The position numbers were made by a program, and so were the translations under genes. The notes beneath the pieces were generated by a model that was not told where the DNA came from, made no database searches, and was given only the letters and a program-made list of their open reading frames with translations. DNA of 55,619 nt from positions 1-55,619 of IMG/VR virus record IMGVR_UViG_3300042305_001248; one strand, given 5' to 3'. This document shows, piece by piece, positions 1 to 8,479 of the stretch. The stretch's first letter is position 1. Each line of letters starts with the position of its first letter. Source of the DNA: a virus. Lineage: Duplodnaviria; Caudoviricetes.

Positions 1-26
1 CCGCCTTCGCCACCGCCGCATCCCGC
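1..26 (+). repeat. Terminal direct repeat (assembly circularisation overlap), identical to 55594-55619
   Basis: ccgccttcgccaccgccgcatcccgc at both ends; an ORF continues in frame across it. Confidence 0.97.
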
Positions 27-580
27 TCTGCTACGCGAGCGCGTACTGCGTGATGCGCCGTATCGGGATCTTCGTTTCCACAAGCCTGCGCGATTAGGAT
101 GAAGTGAGCTTTCAGCCGCTCGACCTCAGCCCGCGCCTCGTCGCGCTCGCGCTCGGCGTGTGCGAGCGCCTTCTGCGCCGTCTCAAGTAGCGCCTCGTGT
201 TCCCGTTCACGGCGGGCAACCTCGGCCCGCGCCTCGTCGCGCTCGGTATGCAGCCGCTCGACCTCGGCCCGTAATCCTTCGATTTCGTCCCTGAGATTCT
301 GAATCTCGGCGGCGCTTCGCTCGGCGACTGAGTCTACATCCGCAGGTCCGTGCGCGCCGACCTCTGCGATGAGCACCTGACAAGCTCGACGGGCGCGATG
401 CCGAGCCTCGTCGCGCTCGCCCCGCAGCCGCTCGACCTCGGCTCTCGCCTCGTCGCGCTCCTCCAGCGTCCGCAGTACGTCAGCGAGCCCGCAGACATGT
501 TCCTGACCGCGCGCGTGCCGCTGCCGCATGGCCTCGACCCAGCGGGCCTCGGCCTCCTTGTGGTGGTCGTAGGGCGTCAC
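1..580 (-). CDS. 5' part of a junction-spanning ~423-aa coiled-coil protein with ERDEARAEVERL repeats (continues into 55593..54902)
   Basis: GTG at 580 overlaps the TGA of the upstream gene; open frame to position 1, in frame with ORF 54902..55606. Confidence 0.85.
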   Translation of the reverse strand, partial: MTPYDHHKEAEARWVEAMRQRHARGQEHVCGLADVLRTLEERDEARAEVERLRGERDEARHRARRACQVLIAEVGAHGPADVDSVAERSAAEIQNLRDEIEGLRAEVERLHTERDEARAEVARREREHEALLETAQKALAHAERERDEARAEVERLKAHFILIAQACGNEDPDTAHHAVRARVAERDAAVAKA

Positions 581-813
581 CATTCCCTCGCCCTCCACGC
601 GCTCCAGTCGGCTCCGCGTCCCTCGCCGTCGTCGTCCTCGTCGCCGTAGTAGTCGGGCTCGCTCGGTTCGCTGCGCGAGCGTCCCGATCCGCCGCACGAA
701 CGGCAAACCATCGGCGGATCGCCGCCGCCAGAACCGCCGCACGACGCGCAGTCGTCGTAGGCGCAGTCGTCGTCCTCGGTCTCCTCGACCTCCTCGAAGT
801 CGTCGGGGCTCAC
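577..813 (-). CDS. Small acidic protein with a DnaJ-type zinc-finger pair
   Basis: CASCGGSG and CRSCGGSG motifs; GTGA coupling at both ends. Confidence 0.75.
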   Translation of the reverse strand: MSPDDFEEVEETEDDDCAYDDCASCGGSGGGDPPMVCRSCGGSGRSRSEPSEPDYYGDEDDDGEGRGADWSAWRAREW

Positions 814-989
814 GATCGGCCCTCCAGTCGGCGAGCGAGGCGCACCGCGTCCTCGTAGGTCCAGACGTAGGCGAGGACGCCGTAGCGCCCAGGCTCGCCC
901 GTAGGGCCGGTGACGTAGGCTCCCCGCGTCGTGCCGAACCGCTGCCCCTCGACGGCGACGTAGCGCCCGATCCTCTCGATCCGTCCCAT
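810..989 (-). CDS. Hypothetical protein (59 aa)
   Basis: ATG at 989 behind GCAAGGAGAG RBS and hairpin. Confidence 0.7.
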   Translation of the reverse strand: MGRIERIGRYVAVEGQRFGTTRGAYVTGPTGEPGRYGVLAYVWTYEDAVRLARRLEGRS

Positions 990-1024
990 GCTCTCCTTGC
1001 CTCTCTGACGCCCTTCGGCGTCGG

Positions 1025-1357
1025 TCACTCTTCGTCCGCTGCCAGCTCTCGGAGGACGCGACGACCTCGGCGAACCGCGTCGTCGAGCCTCTGCTCGTCG
1101 TCGTCCTCGACCGCGTCGAGGATCTCCGCGAGAGCCAGGACGGGATCCGTCTCAGGCTCCAGAGCGAGGCGGTAGTAGCCGAGGACGCGCACCGCTGCCT
1201 CCAGGGCCTTCGCCTCGCTGATGTCGAACGAGCGCACGCGCTCGTTCCGCGGCTCCTTGATCCGCTCTCGGAGGTGCTCCAGGCGGCGCTCCAGGTTCGC
1301 GATGTGCGCCCCGACGCGCTCGATCCTCGGGGCCGACTCTGCGGTGCTGACGGTCAT
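1025..1357 (-). CDS. Hypothetical helical protein
   Basis: ATGA coupling with upstream gene; protein-like composition (MTVSTAES...). Confidence 0.7.
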   Translation of the reverse strand: MTVSTAESAPRIERVGAHIANLERRLEHLRERIKEPRNERVRSFDISEAKALEAAVRVLGYYRLALEPETDPVLALAEILDAVEDDDEQRLDDAVRRGRRVLRELAADEE

Positions 1358-1683
1358 CGTCGCTCGTCCTCGTCTGCCCTCTCGGGCCTCGGCGCAGCGT
1401 AGCACGCTCGGAGCTGCTGGACCGCCTGGAAGAGCCCCGCGTAGGCGGGACCGACGCCCTCGATCGCTGCCGCAGCCGACCACGGCTCCTGGCTCTCCCG
1501 GTAGCGGGCGAACGCCTCGACGACCTCTCGGGCTCGGTCGAGCAGCTCCGCGTCCGCGAGGGTCATCGTCGAGCCGAAGCGACCGCTCCGGAGCAGCTCC
1601 GCGAGCGACTCGTGCGAGAGCGCGACCGTCAGCCGCGGACCCGCCGAGGTCTGCTCCGCACCCACCAGCGTAACGCGGATCAT
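1354..1683 (-). CDS. Hypothetical protein
   Basis: ATGA coupling (MIRVTLVG...). Confidence 0.7.
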   Translation of the reverse strand: MIRVTLVGAEQTSAGPRLTVALSHESLAELLRSGRFGSTMTLADAELLDRAREVVEAFARYRESQEPWSAAAAIEGVGPAYAGLFQAVQQLRACYAAPRPERADEDERR

Positions 1684-1925
1684 TCGCCGTGCTCCTCTCG
1701 CTCTTCGCCCGCGGCCTTCGCCGCTCGACGCAGAGCGGTCGCGAGCGCGAGCGCGTCCTCCGGATCGAGGTCCAGACGCTTCGTCACGCGGTCGCCGCCG
1801 TTCGGACCGACCTCCCAAAGCTCCAGGACGACCTCGACGAGCGCGAGCCGCGTCGAGGGCGCGACGGTGATCGACGCGCAGGCGTCCGAGTCGATGACCT
1901 CGACCAGCCTCCGAGCGACGCTCAC
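1680..1925 (-). CDS. Hypothetical protein
   Basis: GTGA coupling (MSVARRLVEV...). Confidence 0.65.
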   Translation of the reverse strand: MSVARRLVEVIDSDACASITVAPSTRLALVEVVLELWEVGPNGGDRVTKRLDLDPEDALALATALRRAAKAAGEEREEHGE

Positions 1926-2227
1926 GACGACGCCTCCAGGGCTTCGATCAGGAGGTCCACCTGAGCGCGGAGGAACAGCTCGATCGTCTCCGAGCGAGGA
2001 AACGGAGAGCACGAGCCCTGCGAGTGCCATCGTTGGTGGCAGAGGCGGCAGAGCGGGACCGTCTGGTAGTCGTCGCATTTCTGCCCGACCCCTCGGCGAC
2101 CGAAGTGGTGCGCCTCGCTCGGAGGCGGCGCGTAGCAGACGCAGCACGCCTTCTCGCGCACCCTCCGGAGGTGCTCGGGCCTCTGCTCCGGGGCCTTCGG
2201 CTTCGGGACTGCTCGTAGATGACTCAC
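1922..2227 (-). CDS. DUF968-like zinc-binding, HNH-related phage protein
   Basis: HLxxVRxxxCCVC...EAHH...KxxDxxTVPLCxxCH pattern. Confidence 0.75.
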   Translation of the reverse strand: MSHLRAVPKPKAPEQRPEHLRRVREKACCVCYAPPPSEAHHFGRRGVGQKCDDYQTVPLCRLCHQRWHSQGSCSPFPRSETIELFLRAQVDLLIEALEASS

Positions 2228-2535
2228 GCTTCCTCGTCCTCTCTGGCGTACTCGATCGCCTGATCGACCATCTCGTGATCCGTGCCTTCGGCGACATGCA
2301 TCCGGCGATGGACCGCCGTGATGCCCGCGGCTCGGGCCTCATCCATCACCGTCGCGAGGACCTCGACGTCGCGCTCCAGGTCGGCGTGGAACCGCTCCAG
2401 GGCCAGTTCCTGCTCCTCGGTCCTCGACGAGAAGAGGTCCCGGCCTCCGACTCGGGACAGGACGCGGAGGTAGATGTGTCTCGTGATTCTGTAGAGCGTC
2501 GCCTCGCGGCGGGCTCGGGGCGAGAGCGGCTGCAT
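2224..2535 (-). CDS. Hypothetical protein (103 aa)
   Basis: ORF coupled to downstream gene; AGAGG upstream. Confidence 0.6.
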   Translation of the reverse strand: MQPLSPRARREATLYRITRHIYLRVLSRVGGRDLFSSRTEEQELALERFHADLERDVEVLATVMDEARAAGITAVHRRMHVAEGTDHEMVDQAIEYAREDEEA

Positions 2536-2914
2536 GGAGTACCTCTACGGCTACCTCGACCCGCGGGCGAGCGCGGTCGAGCTGCGTCCTCGTGATCGCG
2601 AGCGACCATACCTGCGAGTCGTCGTCCCACGCGATGCCGTTCAGCGCATCGCTGACGGTCTTCGCGACGTTGTCGAGGTCGAAGCGCCTCGCGGAGCCGG
2701 GGACGATCAGCAGCTCCAGGAGGAAGCGCCCGCTCGTCCTCGGCCAGCCATGGTGCCCGTATCCCGCTCGACCGAGAGCCGCGATCGCTTCCCAGCGCAC
2801 GCGCTTCTCGTAGGAGCTGGTGGGCTCGGGCGTGTAGAATCTCCCGCCCGCGCCTCGACGAGCCCGCTGCTTCGGCTGCGGGTGCCCAGCGACGATCCAG
2901 GAGATCCTGCTCAC
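2339..2914 (-). CDS. rusA: RusA-family Holliday junction resolvase (with a C-terminal run-on overlapping the next gene)
   Basis: PxPKQRAR...FYTP, DLDNVAKxVxDALNGIAWxDDSQV, PRVEV motifs. Confidence 0.88.
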   Translation of the reverse strand: MSRISWIVAGHPQPKQRARRGAGGRFYTPEPTSSYEKRVRWEAIAALGRAGYGHHGWPRTSGRFLLELLIVPGSARRFDLDNVAKTVSDALNGIAWDDDSQVWSLAITRTQLDRARPRVEVAVEVLHAAALAPSPPRGDALQNHETHLPPRPVPSRRPGPLLVEDRGAGTGPGAVPRRPGARRRGPRDGDG

Positions 2915-3555
2915 CACTCGCGCTCCGGAGGCAGCCGAGCGTCGGCCGCGATCGCCTCGCCGAGAGAGACGGGACCGCTCTCGCGGCTCGGAGCCGCCCT
3001 GCGTCCCGAGCGCGGGAGGACGTCGAGCTTCGCGAGCCGCGCCGCGAACTCTCGGCGCTCGACGTAGCCCTGCGGGGCCGGGACGTTGCAGCCCCACTCG
3101 TCGGACAGGAACGCGAGGACCTCGTCGCGCAGGGCCTCGACGCGAGCGTCGCCGCCGACCGCGTCGAGGATGCGCTGGTAGTCGTCCACGACCGAGAGCA
3201 GGACGAGGACGCGCACCGCTCCCTCGCTCTCGGCGAGCCACACGGCGTAGCGCCAGCTCCCGAAGCTCGACGCGAGCTGCCGGTCCTCCTCGGAGGCGCG
3301 GTTGCGCCGCGCCCAGCGGAGCGCGGAGATCAGCTCGTCGTCGCTCGCCGGGAACTCGGGCGGGCGCTCGGGGACCTCGGGCCGACACCACGATCTGTGC
3401 ATCCCGAGGCGCACCGCCTCGGCGCTCGCGAAGCGGACCATCTGCGCCTCGTCGGGCTTGAGGTCGCCGTTCATCAGCCGCTGCATGTCGCGGATCAGCG
3501 CCTGCTCACGAGCCCTTGCCGGTGCGGAGGGCTCGAAGGATCCGGTTGTATTCAC
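2911..3555 (-). CDS. Hypothetical protein in the replication module (start uncertain)
   Basis: ORF with AGGAAGG RBS; lies between the replication organiser and rusA. Confidence 0.6.
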   Translation of the reverse strand: MNTTGSFEPSAPARAREQALIRDMQRLMNGDLKPDEAQMVRFASAEAVRLGMHRSWCRPEVPERPPEFPASDDELISALRWARRNRASEEDRQLASSFGSWRYAVWLAESEGAVRVLVLLSVVDDYQRILDAVGGDARVEALRDEVLAFLSDEWGCNVPAPQGYVERREFAARLAKLDVLPRSGRRAAPSRESGPVSLGEAIAADARLPPEREW

Positions 3556-4081
3556 TTGTGTTGCCTTCCTTTAGGTGTCGTTCTGCCTGCGCTCGAAGAG
3601 CGCGCTGTCGTTCGTCGGCCTGCTCGGCAGGCGTACTCGCGGGCGTCGGTCGCGCTCCTCCAGCGAGGGCCGCGAACCGCTCGACGCGGCTGCCGGTGCG
3701 ACAGATCATTTCGAGGTCATCGTAGACCGTGCCCGCGTCGTTCTGGCCCGAGTGGAACTCCGAGCCCAGGCAGCCGTCGATCGCGGCGCGGATCTCCGCC
3801 TCCGAGTAGCCCTGCCGCAGACGCGCCAGGACGCGAGACGCACGCTCTGGAGTCAGTCGCGCCTTCGGCTTCGAGGCCCTGCGCTGCCAGTAGTCGAAGA
3901 TCCGCTGGACGACCTCGCGATGCCCCTCGACGGGAGCCTCCGCGGGCTCGGAGACGAGCGCGAGCTGCGCGCCTCCCTGGAGGCGAGCGACGAAGGCCGA
4001 GAGGTCGGCGAGGACGTCCTCTCCGCGGGCGTACCGCGCCGCGATCGTGAGCAGCTCTGCGAGGGTCTCCGAGCGGTCCAT
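3506..4081 (-). CDS. Replication-organiser-like protein (conserved phage C-terminal replisome domain)
   Basis: VQRIFDYW...LTxxR...ARLxxGYSxxEIxxAIDGC...YDDLEMICR...VERF; GGAGG RBS. Confidence 0.65.
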   Translation of the reverse strand: MDRSETLAELLTIAARYARGEDVLADLSAFVARLQGGAQLALVSEPAEAPVEGHREVVQRIFDYWQRRASKPKARLTPERASRVLARLRQGYSEAEIRAAIDGCLGSEFHSGQNDAGTVYDDLEMICRTGSRVERFAALAGGARPTPASTPAEQADERQRALRAQAERHLKEGNTSEYNRILRALRTGKGS

Positions 4082-4146
4082 GTGCCTCCGAGGGGCTCGT
4101 CTCTCCGAGCTGCCACGCCTAGCAGGACCGGCGTTCGTCGATGGGA

Positions 4147-4677
4147 TCAGAACGGGATGTCGTCGTCGTCGCGCTGCTGGCTCGTCCCGCGCTTCTGCGG
4201 CTTCGCGTCGCCCATCGCCTCGGCCTCCTGCTGGTCGAGCACCCAGGCGTCCATCGTCCGCCGCTCCGCGGGCGAGACCTGGGCGAAGCACCGCTCCAGG
4301 TCCGTGTTCGTGTAGCCGTTCGACTCGCGGACCGAGACCTTCGCCTTGAACGGCTTTCCGAGGAAGGCTCGACGCACCGCCTCGTCGCTGTTGAGGTCGA
4401 AGGGCCGATCCTGCCCGATCGCGGCGCAGTAGACCGAGAGGCGACCGGCGACACCCGCCTTCGAGACGTCGAGCGAGACGTTCGCGAAGAACGTCTGCCC
4501 GCTCCTCGGACCGTGGATCACCTCGTACTTGGCGCGGAGGTAGGCCGCGCCGCTCTTCGCCGTGCGGCGCTCGAACCAGCGCATCGCGAGGAGGTACTCG
4601 CCCGCGGGGATGCCGCCGCCGTCATCGCGGCGGTCGCCGCTTCCGTTGCCGTGCTTGCTGGGATCGAACAGGGACAT
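4147..4677 (-). CDS. Single-stranded DNA-binding protein (DUF669/gp2.5-like)
   Basis: IPAGEY...KSGxxYL OB-fold start; acidic C-terminal DDDIPF tail; follows Sak4-like gene. Confidence 0.8.
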   Translation of the reverse strand: MSLFDPSKHGNGSGDRRDDGGGIPAGEYLLAMRWFERRTAKSGAAYLRAKYEVIHGPRSGQTFFANVSLDVSKAGVAGRLSVYCAAIGQDRPFDLNSDEAVRRAFLGKPFKAKVSVRESNGYTNTDLERCFAQVSPAERRTMDAWVLDQQEAEAMGDAKPQKRGTSQQRDDDDIPF

Positions 4678-4680
4678 GGA

Positions 4681-5541
4681 TCACTTGCCTTCCTGCGCCG
4701 TCGAGGCGCTCTTCTTCGGGGTGCTGGTGGGACTGGTGGAACCGGAGTGCGCCTCGCGGACGCGACGCACCCAGGAAGCGAAGTCGGGCTCCTCCAGATC
4801 GCGGAGCGGCCGGTAGGGCTTGAGCATGTAGTGCGAGGCCGCGACGGTGCGGACCTCGTAGGCGACCTGCCGCTGCCCGTCCTCGCCGCGGTCCTCGATG
4901 CGGCGCGAGGTGATGCCCACCACGTTGACGCAGCTCGCGAGGAACGAGGGGAGCGCCCGCATCGGGAGCGCGGGCTGGACGACGCGGCTCGCCTCGTCGC
5001 CCTCGCCGACGACGCGATCGTCCTGGAGCGAGAGGAAAACCACGTGCGTCGGGACGTCGCGGAAGGCGCGGATCAGCTTCTCGCTCCGGTCGCGCAGCGC
5101 GGCCCAATGCCGCTCGGTCCAGCGTTCCAGCCCGTCCTTCGCCTTCTCGGGAGGGGCCTCGCGGCGGACCTCGTTCTCCACCAGCTCGCAGGCGTCGGTC
5201 AGCGAGTCGATCACGACCGTCTCGGGCCACGCGCCCTCGTAGACGGTCGCGCTCTCGGAGCCGCGCTTCGCGGTGATCCGGAACGGCTGCGTGCGCGGCC
5301 CGTGGAGGGCCCGCACGACGTCGCGGTAGTCCTCCAGCGTCTCCATGTAGAGCGTCGGCGGGAGCGGCACGCCGCGGCGCACGGAGGCGCTGCGGACGGT
5401 CGCGAGACCCTGCCGCTCCGAGAGGAGGATCAGCGGCTTCGGGGCGCTGACGCCGATGTCCGTCTTTCCGGTTCCGGGTGGGCCGTAGATCGCGGCCTTG
5501 AGATAGCTCTCCGAGTCCGTGTCCGAGTCGATGCGCTTCAC
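4681..5541 (-). CDS. AAA_24 / Sak4-like P-loop ssDNA-annealing ATPase
   Basis: IYGPPGTGKT Walker A, TVVIDSLT Walker B, W..L...FRDVPTHVVF. Confidence 0.85.
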   Translation of the reverse strand: MKRIDSDTDSESYLKAAIYGPPGTGKTDIGVSAPKPLILLSERQGLATVRSASVRRGVPLPPTLYMETLEDYRDVVRALHGPRTQPFRITAKRGSESATVYEGAWPETVVIDSLTDACELVENEVRREAPPEKAKDGLERWTERHWAALRDRSEKLIRAFRDVPTHVVFLSLQDDRVVGEGDEASRVVQPALPMRALPSFLASCVNVVGITSRRIEDRGEDGQRQVAYEVRTVAASHYMLKPYRPLRDLEEPDFASWVRRVREAHSGSTSPTSTPKKSASTAQEGK

Positions 5542-5557
5542 GTTGTCTCTCCTTGCT

Positions 5558-5615
5558 GGTCGGCCTCGCCGACCTTGGGCTGCGCCCTCGCCGAGTCTAC
5601 CACGACCGGCGAGGG
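5558..5615 (-). promoter_or_regulatory. Two hairpins upstream of the Sak4-like gene; an extended -10-like TGG-TAGACT overlaps the loop and 3' arm of the first
   Basis: CCCTCGCCG/CGGCGAGGG stem (5585-5615); GGTCGGC/GCCGACC stem (5558-5574) followed by AGCAAGGAGAG. Confidence 0.5.
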
Positions 5616-5625
5616 AGCGAGCCGA

Positions 5626-5868
5626 TCATCTATCGATCGAGCGCCGCCACGCCTCGGCGTAGCTGACTCGGACTGCGCGGTCGTACTGACGCGCGAGCGA
5701 GGGTCCGAGGCGCTCCGGGACGAGCCCGTGCAGCCTCCAGGCGACCTCGGCCGGGGAAAGCTCCAGGACGTCCGCGTCGGCGTCCTGGAGGGCCTCCAGG
5801 GAGCAGCGCGACCGCTCCTCGCGGCAGAGCTGCTCCCCCAGGGCTCGGGCGACGGCGAGCCTCATCAC
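5626..5868 (-). CDS. Hypothetical protein (80 aa)
   Basis: GTGA-coupled ORF. Confidence 0.6.
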   Translation of the reverse strand: MMRLAVARALGEQLCREERSRCSLEALQDADADVLELSPAEVAWRLHGLVPERLGPSLARQYDRAVRVSYAEAWRRSIDR

Positions 5869-6794
5869 TCGCCCAGGATCGCGAGCCGCAGGGCGTCGCG
5901 GGCCTGCCCGATGGACGCGATCAGCTCGTCCCGCTTCGCCCCGAGGACGTCGGCGTAGGTCTCGACCTGGGCCGCGAGCTGCTCGTACCGCTCGCGGCGG
6001 ATCCCGATCGAGGCGTCGAGCTGCGCCTGCGTCTGCGCGTCCTCCGAGCCCGCCTCGGCCCGAGTCTTCGCCGCGAAGACCTCGACCTCGCGCCGCAGCG
6101 TGTCGAGCCGCGCCGAGAACGCCGTCGTCGCCGCCCTCGCGGCCTGCGCGAGGTGCTGGTGCGAGCCGGTCACCTGCCAGACCGAGAACTCGCTCTCGCC
6201 CTGCTCGCCCACCCAGCTCGCGAGCGTCTGGAGCTGCGCGAGCTTCTCTGCGGGGACGAAGTAGACGCCGCCCGCCTCGCCGCGCAGGTTCGTCGCGCAG
6301 AGGAGCGAGTCGGTACCCTTACCGTGCATCGCCCGCGAGAGGCACGCCGAGAGGTCCTCGGTGCCCGCGTAGGTCAGGATCTCCCCATACGCCTCCGCGA
6401 CCGCGAGGAGCGTCCCGTCGAGCTGATCCTCCAGCTCCAGAGCGCCGGTAGCCTTGCCGACCGCGATCCGGACCCGCTGGTCGTAGCGCACCGTTGCCGC
6501 GGTCTCGTCCTTCGTGCGGTCCGAGACCGCGTAGGTGACGCGCTCGGGCGTCTCGGAGACCTTGTCGAAGACGATCCCCGGCTTGCCGCGCCTGACGCGC
6601 TCGCACGCCCGCGTGAGGCACGCCGCGTAGCTCGGGTCGCGGGGCACCGCGTCGCCGAGCCCCATCGACTTGAACGCGGCGCGGAGCCCGTCGCGGGCGA
6701 CGAAGACGTCGCGAAGGGACCACATCGCGAGCGCGCCGACGATGTGCTCGCCATGTCCGCGTAGGACGGTCTGGATCTCCTGAGTCGGGGTCAT
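5865..6794 (-). CDS. DUF6744/DUF3150-like protein often associated with MoxR-vWA pairs
   Basis: IVGALAMWSL N-terminus, LRGxxGGVYFVP motif, coiled-coil C-terminus with Y.DVLG; family recalled, not searched. Confidence 0.65.
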   Translation of the reverse strand: MTPTQEIQTVLRGHGEHIVGALAMWSLRDVFVARDGLRAAFKSMGLGDAVPRDPSYAACLTRACERVRRGKPGIVFDKVSETPERVTYAVSDRTKDETAATVRYDQRVRIAVGKATGALELEDQLDGTLLAVAEAYGEILTYAGTEDLSACLSRAMHGKGTDSLLCATNLRGEAGGVYFVPAEKLAQLQTLASWVGEQGESEFSVWQVTGSHQHLAQAARAATTAFSARLDTLRREVEVFAAKTRAEAGSEDAQTQAQLDASIGIRRERYEQLAAQVETYADVLGAKRDELIASIGQARDALRLAILGE

Positions 6795-6831
6795 TCTGCT
6801 CTCTCCTTGCTGCCGCCCTATCGCGGCGAAG

Positions 6832-6877
6832 AGCGCGCCGAGGTCGCGAGCCTCGGTGCCGGCTGTCCGGTCGCGCT
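6832..6877 (-). ncRNA. Putative three-way-junction cis-RNA element, copy A
   Basis: AGCGCG/CGCGCT closing stem; CCGG-ACAG-CCGG; CCGAGG-CTCGCGA-CCTCGG; homologous to 13013-13055. Confidence 0.55.
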
Positions 6878-6884
6878 GGGGGCG

Positions 6885-7409
6885 TCAGTCGGCGTCGGCG
6901 GCGTCGTCGTCGTCGGCCGCGACGGCGTCGGCCGCGACGGCCTCGCGCCACGCGGCGGCATAGGCGCGCAGAACCTCGTCGCGCCGCACCCCGTAGCGGA
7001 CGAGGTGCGCCGCTCCGATGCGCTCCGCGACCTCCTCAATCGCGGCGTAGTCCCAGCCGCTCCCGTCGCCCGCCGAGGGGTCGTCCAGCACCTCGGGCGT
7101 GCAGTCGCCCGATGTGCGGTCGGCCGCGACCATGCGCTCGGCGATCCAGCGGATCGCGTGCTCGTCGGCCTCGTCGGCCTCGCCCTCGTCCTCGCCCTCG
7201 TCCTCGCCGTCGCCCTCGGCGACCGGCTCGACGATCAGGTCGCCGCGAAGCGCCTCGACGGTGGAGCCGAGCGCCTCGGCCGCGTCCCGCGAGGAGCGAT
7301 AGCCCGCGGCGCGGTCCATCGCCTCGACGGCGTCGTCAGGAGTCTCGCCCCAATAGAGTCCGAGGCTCAGGCCCGAGGTGCGGTTCGCGATGCGGTAATA
7401 GATGGTCAT
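6885..7409 (-). CDS. Highly acidic early protein
   Basis: First gene after the promoter at 7459-7486; strong RBS; D/E-rich. Confidence 0.75.
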   Translation of the reverse strand: MTIYYRIANRTSGLSLGLYWGETPDDAVEAMDRAAGYRSSRDAAEALGSTVEALRGDLIVEPVAEGDGEDEGEDEGEADEADEHAIRWIAERMVAADRTSGDCTPEVLDDPSAGDGSGWDYAAIEEVAERIGAAHLVRYGVRRDEVLRAYAAAWREAVAADAVAADDDDAADAD

Positions 7410-7458
7410 CTGCGTCTCTCCTTGCTGCTGCCGCCCTGTGCGGCGCGTCGATGGGATT

Positions 7459-7486
7459 ATCTTAGGACGCTTTTAAGCGTTGTCCA
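7459..7486 (-). promoter_or_regulatory. Early sigma70-like promoter with palindromic operator
   Basis: TGGACA-ACGCT TAAA AGCGT CC-TAAGAT (16-nt spacer); AT-rich upstream. Confidence 0.75.
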
Positions 7487-7523
7487 GTCTTTCGACGAAG
7501 TATTTTACAACCTCGCGAGATTG

Positions 7524-7742
7524 CTACGGAATCCGCCGCTCTTTTCTCTCCTCCGCCGCCTTTCGACGCTCGATCTCAGCCCGATACCGACGGAGGGCTC
7601 GACGGGCCCGCGCCAGCTCGTAGCGGCGCATCGGAGCGCCCTCGGGCTCCCTCCTCCGCTCGCAGGGGTCCGAGGCTCCGGGCCAGTCGCGACCCATCCC
7701 GCAGGCGCTACAGCGCCCCGAGGAGGCCCATCGGTGGCTCAC
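7524..7742 (-). CDS. Small CxxC-containing basic protein
   Basis: GTGA coupling; RCSACG...PC. Confidence 0.55.
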   Translation of the reverse strand: MSHRWASSGRCSACGMGRDWPGASDPCERRREPEGAPMRRYELARARRALRRYRAEIERRKAAEERKERRIP

Positions 7743-8479
7743 GGCTCCTCGGGCCAGGGCAGGGCGAGCGTGCCGCGCCTCGGGGCCGCAGGCAGGTCGC
7801 GCAGCCGCTCGCGCGCCAGCTCGACGTGTGTCTCGTCCAGGTCGCCGCCGATCCATCGGCGGCCGAGGAGCTTTGCCGCCAGGAGCGTGGTCCCGGCGCC
7901 GCAGCACGGATCGCATACCAGATCGCCGGGGCGGGTGTAGTCCTCGACGAGACGCTCCATGAGCCACAGTGGCTTTCCGCCGATGACCCCAGAACGCCCC
8001 TGCTTGTTGCCTCGCCACCCGTACTCCGGCGGGACCACGTACGCTCCGGGCAGCGCCCCCCATTGCTGGGCGGCACGCGTGCGCGGCCGAGCCGCCACGG
8101 CCCAGACCGACCACTGCGACGGGCCATCGCCAGACAGCCGAACGCGTGATCCTGGCTCCACGCACGCGAGCGGGGCAAAGGTGTATCTCTCGGCCGCGGC
8201 TAACGATGCCTCCCACGCCTTCGCAAGCACATGGTCAGTTAGCGACACGATCCACCCGCGAGTTAGCGGGGCCCAGGTGTAAACGAACTCCGCCACATCG
8301 GCCGCAGACCAGGACGCGTATACCAACGAGCCGCGCCCAACTTCCTCCATGTCGCGATACGCCGAGTGCGTGCGCTCGCTGTACGGCGCATCGACGATCA
8401 GCGTGTCCACATGCCCCACCGTCTCGCGGACGAGCTGGGCGAGGTCGCGCCAATGCAGGTGACCGACCGTCCCGATCAC
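7739..8479 (-). CDS. Amino (N6-A/N4-C) DNA methyltransferase, beta-class motif order
   Basis: IVDAPY (motif IV variant) precedes KPLWLMERLV..YTxPGDLVCDPCCGAGTT (motifs X/I). Confidence 0.85.
   Translation of the reverse strand: MIGTVGHLHWRDLAQLVRETVGHVDTLIVDAPYSERTHSAYRDMEEVGRGSLVYASWSAADVAEFVYTWAPLTRGWIVSLTDHVLAKAWEASLAAAERYTFAPLACVEPGSRVRLSGDGPSQWSVWAVAARPRTRAAQQWGALPGAYVVPPEYGWRGNKQGRSGVIGGKPLWLMERLVEDYTRPGDLVCDPCCGAGTTLLAAKLLGRRWIGGDLDETHVELARERLRDLPAAPRRGTLALPWPEEP

Noticed and set aside
1-26. Terminal repeat as a biological DTR or att site
   Set aside because: It falls mid-gene and the frame continues across it; typical assembler k-mer overlap
113-460. Repeat-spacer pattern as a CRISPR array
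   Set aside because: Repeats are degenerate at codon third positions, irregularly spaced and in frame in a protein; no cas operon (the PD-(D/E)XK gene is a phage recombination nuclease)
6828-6836. Lambda boxA-like CGCTCTT next to a hairpin (nut site)
   Set aside because: Present only in RNA element copy A, not in copy B; no N-like gene recognised
6832-6877. tRNA gene
   Set aside because: Only about 46 nt with two arms; no TTCRA T-loop, D-loop GG or CCA
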